Shown piece by piece: positions 1 through 7,398 of a stretch of DNA of 45,736 nt (its first letter is position 1; each line of letters begins with the position of its first letter). The stretch is from NCBI GenBank assembly GCA_020343535.1, contig CP070799.1, positions 1,723,975 through 1,769,710 on the forward strand, given 5' to 3'. This DNA comes from Nitrospinaceae bacterium (GTDB taxonomy: Bacteria; Nitrospinota; Nitrospinia; Nitrospinales; VA-1). A program made the position numbers and the translations under genes. The notes below the pieces were generated by a model. The model was given only the letters and a program-made list of their open reading frames with translations, was not told the DNA's origin and ran no database searches.

Positions 1-72
1 AAAGAAAAAAGCAACAAAGAAAAAAGCAACAAAGAAAAAAGCAACGAAGAAAAAAGCAACGAAGAAAAAAGC
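1..72 (+). repeat. 15-bp tandem repeat AAAGAAAAAAGCAAC, four full copies plus a partial fifth (the last two begin GAAG)
   Basis: Read directly: units at 1-15, 16-30, 31-45, 46-60 and 61-72. The period is 15 nt, or 5 codons, and the array runs off the left edge of the window. Confidence 0.95.
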
Positions 73-76
73 TTAA
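2..76 (+). CDS. 3' end of a truncated gene with a lysine-rich (KKKAT)n C-terminal tail, like histone-H1 or HU-tail nucleoid proteins
   Basis: Frame 2 reads KKKATKKKATKKKATKKKATKKKA, then TAA at 74-76. Frames 1 and 3 are also open across the repeat, so the frame choice is inference from the composition typical of basic DNA-binding tails. Confidence 0.35.
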   Translation, partial: KKKATKKKATKKKATKKKATKKKA

Positions 77-282
77 AGCACGATTGAGTCAGTCATTCAG
101 TTCAACCGTTTCAGCTAACAATCTTTCTCTCGAAGCAACTCCCAAGTTTGGATTGAGCATCAATCTGAAGAATTCGTTTCAACGCCCAATAATTTTTCTC
201 TCGCAATTCACCGGCTTCCCCGCTTTCCCCGCCATCTTCCGGGGCTCTCCGCAAATCATAACCACTTATATTTAAAGGCGTT

Positions 283-1482
283 TCAGCCTATTTTCCCGTA
301 AATCGCCTTCAAGTACTGCCCCCCCTCAAAGGTGATCGGGTGATCCTTCGCGTGCCCCGTTCGCGATAATTCCCTGAACGTTCGATTCGCCGCCGACACC
401 CCCGACGCCACCGCCTCAAAAAACACCTGGCTTGAAACCTGCGATGAGCAGGAGGCCGCCACCAGAAGCTTGCCCGGACCGGTCAACCCCGCGCCGAGTT
501 GCGCCAGACGCCGGTACGCATTCACCGCCTGTGTCCGTTGTTTCTTTTTATTGGCGAACGCCGGCGGATCGAGGATGATCAGGTCAAACCATTCCCCCGC
601 TGCCCGCAGCGCGTTCAATTCAAGAAACGCGTCTCCCGCGATCTGACGAAACCGGGGAGGATTGAAATTCTCGCAAGGAAAGTTGCGCTTCAGGGTTTCC
701 CGCGAGAGCAACAGCGCGTGCCGGTTGGAATCGATCTCCACCACTTCCCGCGCGCCGCCCGAAAACGAATACACCGAAAACGCACCCGAATAACTGAACA
801 CGTTCAGAACACGCCGGCCTGCAGATAAATCTTTTATCCGCTGGCGGTTTTCACGCTGATCGAGAAAGAATCCGGTCTTGTGACCCTTCAGGACATCGGC
901 CTCGAATTTAAGGCCGTTTTCAAGGAATGCGACCGGCGCGGTGACAGGCGAACCGAAGAGAACCGTCCCTTCCGCCCAGGGGCCGCGCCCATCCATGTGC
1001 TGCTGGGTGTTCCGGCTAAGCCGCAGCAGCAGGCGCCGGACAGGCAGCTCTTCCTCAAACAGAGGCACCAACGTGTCGAGATGGGGAAGCCAGGAGGTGG
1101 TATAGAGCTTCACCACCCCTGTGTCGCCATACCGGTCGAGCACCAAGCCTGGAAACCCATCGTTTTCTCCATTGAGTACACGGTAGCCGGTGGTACCCTC
1201 CTTTTCCAGGCCTTCGCGCAACTGCATCGCTTTTACCAGACGTTCCCGGAAAAAACCAGAGTCGATGTCCCCCGGCCGCTGAAGCTTGAGAACCCTAAAG
1301 CAGAGATCTGAATCGGGGTCGTAAAGGCCAAGCGCGAGAAACTTGTTCTTCGCGTCGTACACCACGGCCATTGCCCCGGCCGGGCCTTCCCCGCTCTGGC
1401 TCTCGACCTGGTACCTGAAAATCCAGGGCCAGCCCGCGCGAATTTTTCCCTGCAGAGTTTTTGAGATACGGATTTTTATCAT
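283..1482 (-). CDS. rlmI: PUA-domain class I SAM-dependent 23S rRNA (cytosine-C5) methyltransferase, RlmI-like
   Basis: Track ORF 283..1575(-). The N-terminus is PUA-like (MIKIRISKTLQGKIRAGWPWIF). A Rossmann SAM motif (VLNVFSYSGAFSV) and a DLIILDPPAF catalytic motif are present. I moved the start to the ATG at 1482 because the 31 upstream codons are Arg/Gly-rich junk. Confidence 0.8.
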   Translation of the reverse strand: MIKIRISKTLQGKIRAGWPWIFRYQVESQSGEGPAGAMAVVYDAKNKFLALGLYDPDSDLCFRVLKLQRPGDIDSGFFRERLVKAMQLREGLEKEGTTGYRVLNGENDGFPGLVLDRYGDTGVVKLYTTSWLPHLDTLVPLFEEELPVRRLLLRLSRNTQQHMDGRGPWAEGTVLFGSPVTAPVAFLENGLKFEADVLKGHKTGFFLDQRENRQRIKDLSAGRRVLNVFSYSGAFSVYSFSGGAREVVEIDSNRHALLLSRETLKRNFPCENFNPPRFRQIAGDAFLELNALRAAGEWFDLIILDPPAFANKKKQRTQAVNAYRRLAQLGAGLTGPGKLLVAASCSSQVSSQVFFEAVASGVSAANRTFRELSRTGHAKDHPITFEGGQYLKAIYGKIG

Positions 1483-1571
1483 TGGAAGCCGAGTGCTTTT
1501 CCCCGCATTGCAGCCCCCCCCTCCGCCCGCCCAGCGGCGCCTGCCGCACGGGCGAGGGCCGGGAGCCGCTT

Positions 1572-2303
1572 TCAATCCAGACGGGGAAGACGAATGCGTT
1601 CCAGCGTTTTCAGGATCTTCGCCTGTCGATGGGCCACGTACTTGCCTGGCCGGTGAAGGGACCAGCGCCTAGGGTTGGGCAGGATGGCGGCGAGACCCGC
1701 CGCTTCCACCGGCGACAACGTGGCGCAGGAATGATTGAAATACTCCTGCGCCGCCGCTTCGCAACCGTAGACGCCATCGCCCCATTCGATAACGTTCAGA
1801 TACACCTCCATGATGCGGCCTTTGTCCCAAAACGTTTCGATGAGGAAGGTGAAATAGGTCTCGAGGGATTTTCGCAGCCAGGTCCGCTTTTGCCAAAGAA
1901 AGACGTTACGCGCGGTTTGCATGGAAATGGTGCTAGCGCCGATTTTCCGTTCGGTGGTGAGGTTGACCCGGATCGCCGATTCTATCGCCTGCCAATCGAA
2001 CCCATTGTGCTGGAAATATTTCTGATCCTCGGCGGCAACAACGGCCTTGATGAGATGGGGTGAAATCCGCTCCAGGCGGTTCCAGTGCATGAACGCCAGC
2101 GGCATGTTTTCGCCGTAATCGCTCTCCACCCAGCGAATCCACATGAGCATGGTGGTGGACGGGTTGGCCACGCTGTAGATGAGGACGGGCACCACCGTCA
2201 GGGCAAGGAAACACAGCAAAAGGTCGAACAACCACTTGCCCGGACGCAGACGGATGAAACGTTTTTTTTTCGACTTGCGTTTTTTTTTCACCGGCTCCGG
2301 CAT
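1572..2303 (-). CDS. mtgA: monofunctional biosynthetic peptidoglycan transglycosylase
   Basis: GT51 motifs AAEDQKYFQHNGFD, STISMQ, RKSLE and LNVIEWGDGVYG. Lys-rich cytoplasmic tail plus one TM helix. GGAG lies 5 nt upstream of the ATG at 2303, which I prefer to the track start at 2345. Confidence 0.85.
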   Translation of the reverse strand: MPEPVKKKRKSKKKRFIRLRPGKWLFDLLLCFLALTVVPVLIYSVANPSTTMLMWIRWVESDYGENMPLAFMHWNRLERISPHLIKAVVAAEDQKYFQHNGFDWQAIESAIRVNLTTERKIGASTISMQTARNVFLWQKRTWLRKSLETYFTFLIETFWDKGRIMEVYLNVIEWGDGVYGCEAAAQEYFNHSCATLSPVEAAGLAAILPNPRRWSLHRPGKYVAHRQAKILKTLERIRLPRLD

Positions 2304-2372
2304 GCGGGCTCCATGCGGACAATACCACAAGCCGCCGCGGTCCAAAGCCGCGCGCCACCCACTCGCCGGCGT

Positions 2373-3533
2373 TCAAATTTCATCGAGAGCCCGGTCGTAA
2401 AGGTGGACCGTACGCAAAAAATCTTCCCAATGCTCGGCCTTGATTTCCCGGTGGATCGTGGTCAGGTGCTTGAACTCGAAGGGGTTGTAGATTTTTTTCC
2501 GCTTGCCCCGGCCCTTGATTTCGTAATGCAAATGAGGCGCGAACGTATTTCCGGTGTTTCCCGATTCGGCAATCTGCTGGCCTTTTTTCACGAATTGGCC
2601 AGGCTTCACTTTAACTCGGGAAAGATGCAGGTAGAGGGTTTTGACGCCTTCGCGGGGATGGTCGATCTCGACACAGTAGCCATTGGCGCGGACGTTCCAG
2701 TTCGTGCGGGTGACCCTCCCATCGAAGCTGGCGAATATCGCCGTGCCCACTTCGGCCTTGAAATCGGTGCCGGCGTGGCCGCCATGCCCCCGGCGGAAAT
2801 CCCCCGGCAGGGAGGTGATCTCCTGGTAATCATGAATGGGTGCGGCGGCCCCGGCGATGCGCCGGGCGATCTCCTTGCCGTCCTGATCGTAGTACACGCC
2901 GTAGTCCAGTTCGCTTGCGCGGTAGAAGTTCGCCTGAAACGTTCGTCCGGCAAAGCCGCTCTTGTAGACGAGTTTCAGTATCTTGAAGCGATCATCGGTA
3001 TCCAGCTTTTCGTAGACCAGGTGCACGCTGTCTCCATTGCGCATATTTCTTTCGACATCGAAGAACCACACCAGGAGACGGCTGATATAGGCGGCCATCT
3101 GCTCGCAGCCCTCCTGCATGATCCGGCAGGTGGAAAAGGTGAGCGAGTTGCGGATCTTGAAATGAAGCGCGTGAATTTCCTTGCCGTCCCTGTAATCCAG
3201 GGAGGAAAATGATGCGCGCTTCACCTCCACCCGTTCCAGGGCGGTGGTCTTTCTGGGCGCCGCCAAGCGGGCCTTGGCCACGGGCGGGCTTTCCTTGGCG
3301 GCCGGCACGGGGGCGACGGGCGCGGCCGGTTCCGGGATGGCCTCCTGCGGCGGCGGTTGTTCCCCGGCTCGCTGCGCGATCTCCACCGGAGCCTGCAGCT
3401 CGCGTTCCTCAAAAAATATAAAATAGATATTGAGCCCTAGGGAAAGCACGAACATCAGCGCAAATATTTTTCGCGGCCAATGGGCTTTGCGATTCTGGAC
3501 CCTCTGATGATTCAAGACAGAGTTTTGTTCCAT
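2373..3533 (-). CDS. M23/LytM-family peptidoglycan endopeptidase, membrane anchored
   Basis: C-terminal M23 metal-site motifs (HGGHAGTDF ... GNTGNTFAPHLHYEI). N-terminal TM helix (IFALMFVLSLGLNIYFIFF) and a Pro/Ala-rich linker. The track start at 3626 is a TTG, so I prefer the ATG at 3533. Confidence 0.8.
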   Translation of the reverse strand: MEQNSVLNHQRVQNRKAHWPRKIFALMFVLSLGLNIYFIFFEERELQAPVEIAQRAGEQPPPQEAIPEPAAPVAPVPAAKESPPVAKARLAAPRKTTALERVEVKRASFSSLDYRDGKEIHALHFKIRNSLTFSTCRIMQEGCEQMAAYISRLLVWFFDVERNMRNGDSVHLVYEKLDTDDRFKILKLVYKSGFAGRTFQANFYRASELDYGVYYDQDGKEIARRIAGAAAPIHDYQEITSLPGDFRRGHGGHAGTDFKAEVGTAIFASFDGRVTRTNWNVRANGYCVEIDHPREGVKTLYLHLSRVKVKPGQFVKKGQQIAESGNTGNTFAPHLHYEIKGRGKRKKIYNPFEFKHLTTIHREIKAEHWEDFLRTVHLYDRALDEI

Positions 3534-3740
3534 GCGATGACCGGGTAGGGTAAGGCTGGTGGCTATTCCGGCCCGCCGGGCCAGGCCCGCGGACGCTGAA
3601 ATATGATCGGGACGGGAAAACCGCAAATCGGCGGAGCTTGTTTGGAATCGGTTTTCGTATTAAAATTCAAGCTCTTCAATTATCGCAAAAGCGGATTCAT
3701 TTCTCAACAGGTTCTCATTGATTTTATCTCGGCGAATTGC

Positions 3741-4832
3741 ATGAATTATAAACCCAAGGCGGTCTACATCGAACACGGCGCCGAGCAGCACCCGTTCACT
3801 GAAAGGGTGCTTGAAAAACTGCCGGATACCCCCGTTTACCATATCGCGAGCTCCGCCTCGGTGGTTGACGAAATCAAGAAAAACCATACGGATGTGTTCG
3901 GGGCCGGCAAGAAACACCTGGTGCTGTCACGATTCAAGGGCGCTCTCCTAAAAAAATGCCCCGGCATCAGCCCGGGCATGGTGTGCTGCAATTACTACAT
4001 CGTCAACCTGATGAAGAATTGCGCCTACGACTGTTCCTACTGCTTTTTGCAGGGCTTTCTGGAAAATAGTCCACTGCTCGAAGCGTTCGTGAACGTCGAG
4101 GATTTTCTCGAAGAGCTCGATGCCGCGTTTCGCGCTCACCCGGACCGCACCTTCCGAGTGGGCACGGGGGAACTTGCCGACAGCCTGGCGCTCGATGACC
4201 TTTTGCCCTACTCCGACAGCCTGATTCCATTTTTCAACGAACGGGACAACGCCGTCCTGGAGCTCAAGACCAAGTCCGACCAAGTGGAGCGCCTTCTCGG
4301 GCAGGCAAGCTGCAGGAACGTGATCGTCTCCTGGTCGCTCAACCCCCAGGTGGTGATCGATCGCGAAGAAAAGGGAACGCCGAGCCTGGCCGCGCGCCTG
4401 GCCGCCGCCAGCAAATGCCAGGACAAGGGCTTCCGCATCGGTCTCCACTTCGACCCCATCATCCTGTTTCCCGGCTGGGAGCACGCCTACGGCGGGCTCA
4501 TCCGCCAGGTGTTCGCCACCTTGTCCGCGGAAAAAATCGAATGGATCAGCCTGGGGAGTTTCCGCTACCGTTCCAACCTGAAAAAATTGATCCGTGAGCG
4601 GCACGAAGAAAGCGGCCTCTTCGCCGCCGAACACGTGCAGAGCCGGGACGGCAAATTCCGTTACTTCCGCCCGCTGCGCAACCGGGCTTACGAAACCCTG
4701 CGCCGAAAGATCAAACAACATTCGGAGGAGCTAAACGTCTACCTGTGCATGGAAACGAAGGAAATCTGGGAAGGGGTGACGGGGAAAACGCCACGCAACG
4801 ATGAAAAGTTGAACGCGTTTTTCGACCTTTGA
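3741..4832 (+). CDS. radical SAM protein of the spore photoproduct lyase (SplB-like) family
   Basis: CxxxCxxC cluster CAYDCSYC. The N-terminus MNYKPKAVYIEHGAEQHPF resembles the SplB start (PQLVYIEPRALEYPL). Length is about 360 aa. The ATG at 3741 is chosen over the upstream ATG at 3603. Confidence 0.65.
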   Translation: MNYKPKAVYIEHGAEQHPFTERVLEKLPDTPVYHIASSASVVDEIKKNHTDVFGAGKKHLVLSRFKGALLKKCPGISPGMVCCNYYIVNLMKNCAYDCSYCFLQGFLENSPLLEAFVNVEDFLEELDAAFRAHPDRTFRVGTGELADSLALDDLLPYSDSLIPFFNERDNAVLELKTKSDQVERLLGQASCRNVIVSWSLNPQVVIDREEKGTPSLAARLAAASKCQDKGFRIGLHFDPIILFPGWEHAYGGLIRQVFATLSAEKIEWISLGSFRYRSNLKKLIRERHEESGLFAAEHVQSRDGKFRYFRPLRNRAYETLRRKIKQHSEELNVYLCMETKEIWEGVTGKTPRNDEKLNAFFDL

Positions 4833-4845
4833 GGCCGGGCCCGGC

Positions 4846-5955
4846 TCACAGCCGCATGGGCATGACGATGCTCAGGTAGTCCGTGTCGCTCGCAACGGTG
4901 ATCATGCAGGAATGGTTCTGATCCTTCAGGTTGAGGATCACCTCCTCGTCGTCCACCACGCTGAGCACATCGAGAACGTAGCGGGCATTGAGACCGACGA
5001 CCACGTCCTCGCCATCGTAATTGACGGTCATTTCCTCGCGCGCGGCTCCCAGTTCCGTGGTGTCGGAAACCAGGGTGAGAAGGCCCTTCTGGATCTCGAA
5101 GCGAACCATTTTAGATTTTTCATCGGCCAACAGGGCCACGCGTTTGAGAGCGTGAATGAGGTCGTCGCGGTTGGCGCTCACCTGAAGCTTGTTATCGGAA
5201 GGGATCACCTGCTTGTAATTGGGGAATTTCCCGTCGATCTTGCGCGAAACGATGACCTGACGGCCCTGAATGAAGGCAAGGTGGTTGTTCTTGGCGGAAA
5301 ACTGAAAAGCCTGGTCGTCGGCATCGATCAGCTTCAAAAGCTCGGTCAGGGCCTTTCTCGGCAACAGATAAGATAGGGGCTCATCCCCGTCGGCGTTGGA
5401 CTTGAGCAGTGGGCGGTTGATGAGGGCCAGCCGGTGGCCATCGGTACCCACAAGGTTGGCGCGATCGTTCTCCTTCTCCAGCAACAAGCCGTTGAGCGCC
5501 TGCCGGGTTTCATCTGGAGAAACGGCGAAAATCGTTTTGCGGATCATCTCCCGGAGCAGCACGGAGCTGAATTCCATGATCGGCACCTCGCTGTATTCGG
5601 GCAGCGCCGGAAAATCGCCGGCGGGCAGACCCGGAAGCCGGAATTTCGATTTTCCACATTTCAGCGTGACCCAATCGTTGTCCTCCCTCACCATGTGGAT
5701 TTCCTGGTCGGGGAGTTCGCGAACGATATCGAAAAGTTTGCGGGCGTTGAGGGCGACGGACCCCTTGGCAACCACGTTGGCTGGGTAAAAACCGCGCGTC
5801 CCGATTTCGAGATCGGTGGCCTGAATGCAGATGCCGTCTTTCTCGGTGGAAAGGAGCAGATGGGAAAGGATCGGCATCGCCCCCTTGGTCTCGACGATGC
5901 CCTGAACTTTTTGCACCCCGCTTAAAAAATGATCCCTGCCGATTCTGACTTCCAT
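4846..5955 (-). CDS. dnaN: DNA polymerase III beta sliding clamp
   Basis: 369 aa. Typical start MEVRIGRDHFLSGVQKVQGIVETKGAMPILSHLLL, three-domain length, and ending MPMRL. GAGAGGG SD lies upstream of the ATG. Confidence 0.95.
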   Translation of the reverse strand: MEVRIGRDHFLSGVQKVQGIVETKGAMPILSHLLLSTEKDGICIQATDLEIGTRGFYPANVVAKGSVALNARKLFDIVRELPDQEIHMVREDNDWVTLKCGKSKFRLPGLPAGDFPALPEYSEVPIMEFSSVLLREMIRKTIFAVSPDETRQALNGLLLEKENDRANLVGTDGHRLALINRPLLKSNADGDEPLSYLLPRKALTELLKLIDADDQAFQFSAKNNHLAFIQGRQVIVSRKIDGKFPNYKQVIPSDNKLQVSANRDDLIHALKRVALLADEKSKMVRFEIQKGLLTLVSDTTELGAAREEMTVNYDGEDVVVGLNARYVLDVLSVVDDEEVILNLKDQNHSCMITVASDTDYLSIVMPMRL

Positions 5956-6192
5956 AGGCCCTCTCGAATTCTCAGCTTACAAACGAAATTGTAATTAACA
6001 CAAATACCAAACCCTGTCAAAAGGTATTATCCGCACTCGAAACTCATATGGGAATGCCTTGCCCAAGCCGGGCGGCGCCCCCTTCCGGGACCCGCCCGTA
6101 ATGCCCGAGCCGCGTCGCCGCGACCGCTCTTGACGGACAACCGGCGCTGTGATAGCTTCGTAAAATTCAACCCTTAACTCTGTTCATTCCCT

Positions 6193-7212
6193 ATGATTAT
6201 TGTCATGAGCCCGCACGCCACGGCGGCGGAAATTAAAGCCGTGGAGACCAAGATCGCCGAACTTGGTTACAAGCCGCACGAGATCGAAGGCGTCGAGCGC
6301 AAGGTCATCGGCGCCGTCGGCGATGAACGCGGCAAGGACCGCCTGCAAAGCCTCGAATCCATGGCCGGGGTGGAGAGTGTTTTACCAATTCTAAAGCCCT
6401 ACAAACTGGCCAGCCGCGAGGTGCAGGCCAAGGATACAATCGTCTACGCCGGTGGCGTTCCAATTGGCGGCAAGCCCATCGCGATCATGGCCGGGCCGTG
6501 CTCCGTGGAAAGCCACGATCAGCTCCTCACCACCGCTCACCTGGTCAAGAAGGCAGGGGCCAATTTCCTGCGCGGCGGGGCCTTCAAGCCGCGAACCTCG
6601 CCCTACAGCTTTCAGGGCCTGGAGGAAGACGGTCTCAAGCTCCTGGACGAGGCCCGAAAGGAAACCGGGCTGCCCATCGTCACCGAGGTCATGAACCCCC
6701 GCGAAGTCGACCTGGTGGCCCGCTATACCGACATCATGCAGGTGGGCGCACGCAACGTGCAAAACTTTTCCCTGCTCAAGGAGCTGGGAAAACTCAAAAA
6801 ACCCATCCTCCTCAAACGCGGCATGATGACCACCATCAAGGAATTTCTCATGTCCGCGGAGTACATCCTTTCCGAAGGCAACCGCGACGTGGTGCTTTGC
6901 GAGCGCGGCATACGCACCTTTGAAACCGCCACCCGCAACACCTTGGACCTGAGCTGCATTCCGGTACTGAAGAAAGAGACCCACCTGCCCATCATCATCG
7001 ATCCCAGCCACGGCACCGGCCATTGGGATCTCGTTGAATCGATGGCGCGGGCCTCCATCGCCGCTGGTGCCGACGGTTTGATGATCGAAGTCCACCCCGA
7101 TCCGGCAAGCGCTTTTTCCGACGGCCCGCAATCCCTGAAACCCGAAAAATTCGCCAAATTGATGGAAAGTTTGAAGGGTTTCATCAAACTCATGGGCCGA
7201 ACCCTGGACTAA
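6193..7212 (+). CDS. aroF: 3-deoxy-7-phosphoheptulonate (DAHP) synthase, type I-beta, with an N-terminal ferredoxin-like regulatory domain
   Basis: The ~75-aa N-terminal domain ([31 protein letters not shown]) is followed by a KDO8P/DAHP barrel ([48 protein letters not shown]). Confidence 0.85.
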   Translation: MIIVMSPHATAAEIKAVETKIAELGYKPHEIEGVERKVIGAVGDERGKDRLQSLESMAGVESVLPILKPYKLASREVQAKDTIVYAGGVPIGGKPIAIMAGPCSVESHDQLLTTAHLVKKAGANFLRGGAFKPRTSPYSFQGLEEDGLKLLDEARKETGLPIVTEVMNPREVDLVARYTDIMQVGARNVQNFSLLKELGKLKKPILLKRGMMTTIKEFLMSAEYILSEGNRDVVLCERGIRTFETATRNTLDLSCIPVLKKETHLPIIIDPSHGTGHWDLVESMARASIAAGADGLMIEVHPDPASAFSDGPQSLKPEKFAKLMESLKGFIKLMGRTLD

Positions 7213-7278
7213 AACCCCCGGCCGCCGCGCCGCCGCAGAAAATAACCCCATTTTACAACATCGGCGCGGGGCTTGCGC

Positions 7279-7307
7279 TTGAATTGCCCGGTGATTCGGT
7301 TTATGCT
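7279..7307 (+). promoter_or_regulatory. putative sigma70-type promoter upstream of glnD
   Basis: TTGAAT (7279-7284), 17-nt spacer, TATGCT (7302-7307). About 90 nt upstream of the glnD ATG. Confidence 0.3.
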
Positions 7308-7398
7308 TTTCGCATAAAGGGTTTTCCGGTAATCCCGATTCCCCCGGCCGGCAGCGGCGTCCGCAAACACACTCCCCTCCGGCCGGGCTCAATCGCCC

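Noticed and set aside
1-72. The regular short repeat array at the window edge, considered as a CRISPR array.
   Set aside because: The period is 15 bp with no spacers between units, the units are contiguous and A-rich, and they translate into a lysine-rich peptide ending at a stop codon. It is a coding tandem repeat, not a CRISPR.
84-275. 63-aa ORF (TTG start) downstream of the Lys-rich repeat.
   Set aside because: It has a non-ATG start without an SD, a low-complexity Ser/Phe/Ile-rich translation, and lies in the convergent 3' gap between two genes. It is simply the continuation of open frame 3 through the repeat.
5956-6192. A possible oriC next to dnaN. dnaN has no adjacent dnaA/recF/gyrB, and the upstream gap contains TTATCCGCA (6027-6035), one mismatch from the DnaA box TTATCCACA.
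   Set aside because: There is only one box-like 9-mer, with no cluster of boxes and no obvious AT-rich 13-mer-type unwinding element. This fits an ordinary promoter region better. GC-skew analysis of the whole replicon would be needed.
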